DNA of 64,000 nt from a phage. Location: sequence record PZ171033.1. The stretch is one strand, 5' to 3'. The position numbers and the translations under genes are program-made. Positions 58,929 to 64,000 of this stretch are shown piece after piece (the first letter of the stretch is position 1; each line of letters starts with the position of its first letter). Below the pieces are notes generated by a model. It ran no database searches, had not been told where the DNA came from, and was given only the letters and a program-made list of their open reading frames with translations.

Positions 58929-59111
58929 ATGCGTAAGTCATTAATCATGGGAACCAGAGAAGATGTGTCACGTTTACGTAATCGTAATGCAGCAAGCAAA
59001 CGGGCACTCAGCATGACCAATGAACAACTGAAAGAATTCATTGATTCAGGACTTAAGCAAAGTAAAGCTCGTATCGTAACCTTTAATCACCCTGCAATCT
59101 TAGGAGAATAA
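58929..59111 (+). CDS. small hypothetical protein
   Basis: ATG 58929 with GGAG RBS. Confidence 0.45.
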   Translation: MRKSLIMGTREDVSRLRNRNAASKRALSMTNEQLKEFIDSGLKQSKARIVTFNHPAILGE

Positions 59112-59112
59112 A

Positions 59113-59328
59113 ATGTATTTCACTATCTTAATCACCTTAACCTACTTAAGCGTATGGCTTACCTCAGAAGCAGCTAATATCACTAAAATGTTTCGTATTA
59201 AAGGAGATGTCAGGGGATTTGCTGTATTCGGGTATGTCACTGTACTAAGTAAGGGAGCCAGTGTTGGATATGTAATATGGTACATTTGGTACTGCTTCGG
59301 TGATTTACTTACGAATCTGTTCAAATGA
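59113..59328 (+). CDS. small membrane protein
   Basis: Hydrophobic helices. Confidence 0.45.
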   Translation: MYFTILITLTYLSVWLTSEAANITKMFRIKGDVRGFAVFGYVTVLSKGASVGYVIWYIWYCFGDLLTNLFK

Positions 59329-59388
59329 ACTGGCCTATCTCAATAATCATGCTTGCACTGTTAACCTATGGTGCATTAGTAGAACTGG

Positions 59389-59423
59389 GAGTCCTCCATT
59401 AGGGGGACTTCTATTTTTTATTT
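59389..59423 (+). terminator. intrinsic terminator
   Basis: 9-bp stem GAGTCCTCC/GGGGGACTT, loop ATTA, then TATTTTTTATTT. Confidence 0.55.
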
Positions 59424-59448
59424 AGATAAATAGACTCAGGAGATAACC

Positions 59449-59667
59449 ATGCAACAAGAACATATCGAATCATTAGAGTATATGTGCCGTATGTACGGTG
59501 TTTATGAAGTAGCTAAAACAATAAAGAATTATGCTAAGAAAACCAGTAAAGAGTATAAGAAAGCTGGTAATGAAGGTGCAATAATCCACCAGGATGCTGA
59601 AATCTTAGATACTGCATGCAATGCAATGGCTATTGCCCATCCACTAAGGAGTAAAGATGTTAAATGA
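59449..59667 (+). CDS. small hypothetical protein
   Basis: 72 aa. Confidence 0.45.
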   Translation: MQQEHIESLEYMCRMYGVYEVAKTIKNYAKKTSKEYKKAGNEGAIIHQDAEILDTACNAMAIAHPLRSKDVK

Positions 59668-59968
59668 AATTGTTTGTATACTTCCTCATTCAGCTAAGAT
59701 AGCTGACCGGAATATACGTATACACTTACCATTCCCATTAAGCAATCCATTCACTCGTAATGAAAGAACCACAGTAGAAGATGTAGAGGTAGCTTATGAA
59801 GCTTACCTTCGTAATCGTCTTATTAGTGGTGACAAGTTAATTACAGCAGAGATGGAAAGGATTGCATCCTTTGTAACAGATAGTACAGGTAAGCCTGTTG
59901 GCTTAATTGGTACTGAATCTGATGTTAACGTTATTCGTAAAATATTAATGGAGGCTTTAAGCCAATGA
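59657..59968 (+). CDS. small hypothetical protein
   Basis: 103 aa. Confidence 0.45.
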   Translation: MLNEIVCILPHSAKIADRNIRIHLPFPLSNPFTRNERTTVEDVEVAYEAYLRNRLISGDKLITAEMERIASFVTDSTGKPVGLIGTESDVNVIRKILMEALSQ

Positions 59969-60186
59969 TGTACACGAGCGATTATGGTATTTGCCCAGTC
60001 TGTAAGAAAGGACGTGGAGTTGCCAATCATAAACGTTGTAGTCGTATATTACAGAAACAACGGAACCAGGAAGAATGGGATAAGTTGTTAAATAATCAGC
60101 ACAAAGAAGAAAATCAACAGATGGCTGTTAAAGCATCTACTCAACGTATTCGCCGTATTAACTATATACAAGGATACCAAAAGTGA
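59965..60186 (+). CDS. zinc-ribbon protein
   Basis: CPVCKK ... HKRC. Confidence 0.45.
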   Translation: MMYTSDYGICPVCKKGRGVANHKRCSRILQKQRNQEEWDKLLNNQHKEENQQMAVKASTQRIRRINYIQGYQK

Positions 60187-60440
60187 TTATTACCTATCCT
60201 ACTCACAAGATGGTTGAATATATGGGAAGCACTGTCGATGTCCCTTTATGGGTTAATTACATTGCTTTGCTTCCTAATGTATTTACTAAGAGTTCAACCT
60301 TAATTGGATTCAGTCATAAACCTAAACTAACTGACCAAGGAATATGGGTTAGTAAGAAAGGTAAGCAAGAAGATATAGGCGTTATGACACGCTTTAAACC
60401 CACTAAAGATTTAATCTACGGTACTTTAAGGAAAGTATGA
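60183..60440 (+). CDS. small hypothetical protein
   Basis: 85 aa. Confidence 0.45.
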   Translation: MIITYPTHKMVEYMGSTVDVPLWVNYIALLPNVFTKSSTLIGFSHKPKLTDQGIWVSKKGKQEDIGVMTRFKPTKDLIYGTLRKV

Positions 60441-60751
60441 ATAACATAATAGTAGTACACGATAATACATTTACTGATGTAGATAAGATGATGCGTAATA
60501 TTGATTATGTATCTCAGACTAGTAAAGCATTCAATGAAGAGTTTACTCTGTACTGTAATGCTGAATCTCCACTGGTTCCTATTCTTAAGGAATCAGGACT
60601 ACCATTCTCTACAGAGAACTTCCCGGAAGAACCAGACTATGTAATTTCATTTATCTATGACTTACATGATGGTTCTGAAACTAGTGAATTAGCTATGAAC
60701 CAGTGGCGTAGTAAACGTCCTGTATTCCCATTCCAGGTACTTAAACCATGA
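60437..60751 (+). CDS. small hypothetical protein
   Basis: 104 aa. Confidence 0.45.
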   Translation: MNNIIVVHDNTFTDVDKMMRNIDYVSQTSKAFNEEFTLYCNAESPLVPILKESGLPFSTENFPEEPDYVISFIYDLHDGSETSELAMNQWRSKRPVFPFQVLKP

Positions 60752-61128
60752 AGATTATGTCATTAGGTGACGATACCAATGCTTTACTTGGTGTATCTGC
60801 ACGTCCAATTATTATTGTTAATAAACATCGTGGTAAATCCGGTGAGTATATTGGACGTGGTTCACCGTTAGGCAATCCATTTGTCATTGGTAAACATGGA
60901 ACCAGAGAGCAAGTAATTGCTAAGTATAAAGTCTGGTTACAAGAACAGATTGATAAAGGTAATCCAGTTGTATTGGATGAACTTAATCGTCTGGGTAATA
61001 AAGCCATTGATGAGAAAGGGCTAGCCTTACAATGCTTCTGTTATCCGAAACCGTGTCATGGTGAGGTTATTAAAGAGAAGCTAGTGAAAGCTATGTATAA
61101 CTATTTTGTGGAGAATCCTAATGGATAA
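60748..61128 (+). CDS. DUF4326-like protein
   Basis: IVNKHRGKSGEYIGRGSPLGNPF and C-terminal CFCYPKPCHG. Confidence 0.5.
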   Translation: MKIMSLGDDTNALLGVSARPIIIVNKHRGKSGEYIGRGSPLGNPFVIGKHGTREQVIAKYKVWLQEQIDKGNPVVLDELNRLGNKAIDEKGLALQCFCYPKPCHGEVIKEKLVKAMYNYFVENPNG

Positions 61129-61306
61129 GCAATGCAAATGTGGTAAAGGCCATGTATCCCAATGGGATGGTAAATGTGGTCATTGCCGAACCAAGAAAGA
61201 ACAGCGTGACCATGAATATGCTCTTACTTACTTAGAAGTAACTCGTAAATACAACAATATGACCACACACGATGCTTATACTTACAACAGAGAGGCATGT
61301 AAATGA
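61121..61306 (+). CDS. zinc-ribbon protein
   Basis: CKCGKGH ... CGHC. Confidence 0.4.
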   Translation: MDKQCKCGKGHVSQWDGKCGHCRTKKEQRDHEYALTYLEVTRKYNNMTTHDAYTYNREACK

Positions 61307-61683
61307 AAGAAATCTTAGTATTCGGAAGTAATTTAGCAGGCCGTCATGGTGCTGGTGCAGCAAAAGTTGCATATAAGAAGCATGGTGCTCGTTGGGGTAT
61401 GGGCGTAGGCCATTATGGTTGCAGCTATGCAATCCCAACCAAAGACCAGAACATCAAATCTATGAAACTGGATGACATCAAAGTATTCGTAGATGCTTTC
61501 ATCCTATACGCAGCATCACACCCAGAGTGGGACTTTAAAGTAACACGCATTGGTTGTGGTTTAGCTGGATATAAGGATGAAGAAATTGCTCCTATGTTTG
61601 CCAATGCTACAGGCAATGTCATGTTTGACGAAGCCTGGAAGCCTATTCTGGGAAATGATTATATCTACTGGGGAACCTTCTAA
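61303..61683 (+). CDS. hypothetical protein, glycine-rich Rossmann-like N-terminus
   Basis: ILVFGSNLAGRHGAGAAKVA; family not recognised. Confidence 0.5.
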   Translation: MKEILVFGSNLAGRHGAGAAKVAYKKHGARWGMGVGHYGCSYAIPTKDQNIKSMKLDDIKVFVDAFILYAASHPEWDFKVTRIGCGLAGYKDEEIAPMFANATGNVMFDEAWKPILGNDYIYWGTF

Positions 61684-61943
61684 TGACATATGAAGAACTA
61701 TGGGCTGCTCAGGTCAGAGCCAGAGCACTCACACGGCATGACATCTATTGTGCATTACAGAACGAATTAAAGGGACGTACTAAGCTAGGTCACATATCAG
61801 GTTTCATTAAAATACCTATGCGTAGTCTAGTATGGCCTTATAAAGAAAAAAGTAATGAATTTAGCGGTAATGGTTTATATGTACGTATCAACTACCTTGG
61901 TCAAGAGAACAATATTCGTATTGCCTTTTGGACTAAGCGTTAG
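61683..61943 (+). CDS. small hypothetical protein
   Basis: 86 aa. Confidence 0.45.
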   Translation: MTYEELWAAQVRARALTRHDIYCALQNELKGRTKLGHISGFIKIPMRSLVWPYKEKSNEFSGNGLYVRINYLGQENNIRIAFWTKR

Positions 61944-61948
61944 GTAAT

Positions 61949-61963
61949 AGCTGCTCCGCAGCT
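61949..61963 (+). promoter_or_regulatory. 3-nt-loop hairpin, candidate vRNAP early promoter (or short terminator)
   Basis: AGCTGC-TCC-GCAGCT then TTTGG; upstream of RNAPII gene. Confidence 0.35.
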
Positions 61964-61996
61964 TTTGGTTATTAATAACATTTAGGAGAATATGCG

Positions 61997-62815
61997 ATGT
62001 ACTCATCTATTGAACATCAGAAGCAGCTTGAAGTCCTTTTTAACAAAAACCAATTACTGCCTCGCATGAGGAAGGAATTCGAGGACTCCAAAGAAATTGA
62101 CTTTAAGGCATTCGCTGCCTATTTAGAAATTGATTATAAGCTGCTCATTGATGCAATGGTGCAGATTGCCCTACATAAACGTGCTGACATCCAGACTATG
62201 ATTGGCTCTCTCATGAGTCACTCAGATGATGCTCAGTACATCGCTGACTGTCTGTATAAGATGGCAGAGAATGACTGCTTCAACTATGACCCTACCATCG
62301 ACAAGTTCGGTGTTATCTATGAGATTAGTGAAGATGTTCAGATGGAACTGGAAGCATTCCAGTATCCATTACCAATCGTCAGTAAACCTAAGCCTGTCCT
62401 GACTAACCGGGACACTGGTTACTATGAGTCTAAAGGCTCAATCATCCTCAAGAAGAACCATCATGAGATGGACGTCTGCCTTGACCACATTAACCGCATG
62501 AACAACCAACGTCTCTGTATTAACTGGGACGTTGCTAACTATGTAAAAGACTCTCGTCCTAACATGGATAAACCCAAAGAGGGTGAAACCCGTCAGGATT
62601 ATGAGAAACGTGTTAAAGCCTTTGAGAAGTACAGTCGTACTGCTAAGGAAGTAATGGAGTTAGTAACCAAAGAGGGCAATAACTTCTCGCTAGCGCATAA
62701 GTATGACAAGAGGGGCAGAACCTATGCCTGTGGATACCACATTAACTATGCGGGGACTTCATATAACAAGGCAGTGATTGAATTTGCAGATAAAGAACTA
62801 GTAAACGAGGATTAG
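61997..62815 (+). CDS. T7-like RNA polymerase N-terminal-half subunit (N4 RNAPII small subunit-like)
   Basis: YDKRGRTYACGYHINYAGTSYNKAVIEFA resembles T7 RNAP DWRGRVYAVS...; 272 aa. Confidence 0.7.
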   Translation: MYSSIEHQKQLEVLFNKNQLLPRMRKEFEDSKEIDFKAFAAYLEIDYKLLIDAMVQIALHKRADIQTMIGSLMSHSDDAQYIADCLYKMAENDCFNYDPTIDKFGVIYEISEDVQMELEAFQYPLPIVSKPKPVLTNRDTGYYESKGSIILKKNHHEMDVCLDHINRMNNQRLCINWDVANYVKDSRPNMDKPKEGETRQDYEKRVKAFEKYSRTAKEVMELVTKEGNNFSLAHKYDKRGRTYACGYHINYAGTSYNKAVIEFADKELVNED

Positions 62816-62816
62816 T

Positions 62817-63398
62817 ATGAAGACATGTTCAGTATGTAAGAAGAACTTGCCTCTGGACATGTTCAATAAACAGTCCACTGGCAAACAGGGTGTTAGGGCA
62901 GACTGTAAAGACTGCCTTAAACGCTTTATCCGTTCAAAACACGGAGTCATTAATCAGATGTACTCCGGTTGTATCAGTAGAACCAAGAAGAAGGGATTTA
63001 CTTCCGTATCCTTCACTAGGGAGGAGCTAGAGAAATGGGTATATTCATGCAAAGAATTTCACACATTGTATGACAAGTGGGTATTGGAAGATTATCCAAC
63101 TGCCTTGAAACCTAGCTTAGACAGACTGGATGATTACAAAGGTTATTCCCTGGATAACATTCGTATTGTTACAGCCAATACCAACGTAAAGAGGTACTAC
63201 TCTGATGCAATCAACGGCATCAATACTAAATCAGCTAAGCCCGTTGAGCAGTACTCACTAGATGGTGAATACATTAGGACATTCCATTCACTTAGTGCTG
63301 CTGCACGAAGTGTTAATGGTATACCTTCTAATATTAATCAAGTAATTAATGGTACGTATGCGCAAGCATATGGCTATAAGTGGAAACTAGGAGCCTAA
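62817..63398 (+). CDS. putative HNH-family homing endonuclease between RNAPII subunit genes
   Basis: N-terminal Cys4 (CSVC ... CKDC), PSLDRLDDYKGYSLDNIRIV core, C-terminal HTH ending GYKWK. Confidence 0.55.
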   Translation: MKTCSVCKKNLPLDMFNKQSTGKQGVRADCKDCLKRFIRSKHGVINQMYSGCISRTKKKGFTSVSFTREELEKWVYSCKEFHTLYDKWVLEDYPTALKPSLDRLDDYKGYSLDNIRIVTANTNVKRYYSDAINGINTKSAKPVEQYSLDGEYIRTFHSLSAAARSVNGIPSNINQVINGTYAQAYGYKWKLGA

Positions 63399-63399
63399 G

Positions 63400-64000
63400 A
63401 TGCAGATTTTCACAGCTAAAGAATATTTAAAAATTGATATTGCCAATTCTTACGGGCTGGATAAGAAGACATGGGATGAACGTATTAGCTGGTTCGATGA
63501 GAACGAAGCTAACCTGCTTAATCTGGTAGATGAAGCAGAAGAATCCGCACTGTTCTATGCAGGTGTAAACGCATGGAAAGATATGAAAGCCGGTAAGCCT
63601 ATCGGTTATGCCGTAGCTCTGGATGCTACATCATCAGGCTTACAGTTACTGGCTTGCCTGACTGGTGACCGTTCTGCTGCTGAACTGTGTAACGTAGTTA
63701 ACTACATGGGCGAGAATGGTAAGCCATTACGTCGTGATGCTTATACAGTTATCTATCACAAGATGCTGGACATCCTTGGTGAAGCATCACGTATTAAACG
63801 TAGTGACACTAAGCAAGCAGTTATGACTGCATTCTACGGTTCAGAAGCCAAACCTAAAGAAGTATTCGGTGAGGGTATCCGTCTCAAGACTTTTGAGAAT
63901 GTAATGGAAACGGTTGCTAGTGGTCCTTGGGCATTGAACAAGTTCTTACTGCAATGTGGTAACCCGGATGCTAACCGTTACGTATGGGTACTGCCTGACA
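63400..64000 (+). CDS. T7-like RNA polymerase C-terminal-half subunit (N4 RNAPII large subunit-like), 3' partial
   Basis: ALDATSSGLQLLACLTGD resembles T7 RNAP DGSCSGIQHFSAMLRD; AGGAG RBS; ORF runs off window end. Confidence 0.7.
   Translation, partial: MQIFTAKEYLKIDIANSYGLDKKTWDERISWFDENEANLLNLVDEAEESALFYAGVNAWKDMKAGKPIGYAVALDATSSGLQLLACLTGDRSAAELCNVVNYMGENGKPLRRDAYTVIYHKMLDILGEASRIKRSDTKQAVMTAFYGSEAKPKEVFGEGIRLKTFENVMETVASGPWALNKFLLQCGNPDANRYVWVLPD

Noticed and set aside
1-64000. CRISPR array, integrase or lysogeny module
   Set aside because: No regularly spaced direct repeats and no integrase/repressor-like ORF seen; layout is that of a lytic N4-like phage

Overview
This window reads as most of an N4-like podovirus (Schitoviridae-type) genome, called from ORF order, sizes and motifs read by eye; no database search or folding program was run. 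Layout: a plus-strand replication/middle module (1-18.5 kb: rIIA-like GHKL ATPase, rIIB-like, Dda-like helicase, a family A DNA polymerase interrupted by an HNH endonuclease ORF, nuclease, primase-like, ATPase, SSB-like, RuvC-like); a 2.7 kb non-coding block (18.5-21.2 kb) full of hairpins and tRNA-like elements; a small plus-strand unit with a DUF2829 (Tad2-like) protein; a minus-strand late module (22.4-54.7 kb: 3450-aa virion RNA polymerase, virion proteins, major capsid, portal, endolysin/holin/embedded spanins, tail spike proteins, terminase); and a plus-strand early module (54.8-62 kb) of small ORFs separated by intrinsic terminators, ending in N4 RNAPII-like subunit genes split by a second HNH endonuclease gene. 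The most unusual signals are the tRNA-like elements that lack a canonical anticodon arm, three conserved 3-nt-loop hairpins resembling N4 vRNAP early promoters, and the two homing-endonuclease insertions. Whether any of this is previously undescribed cannot be judged from sequence alone.
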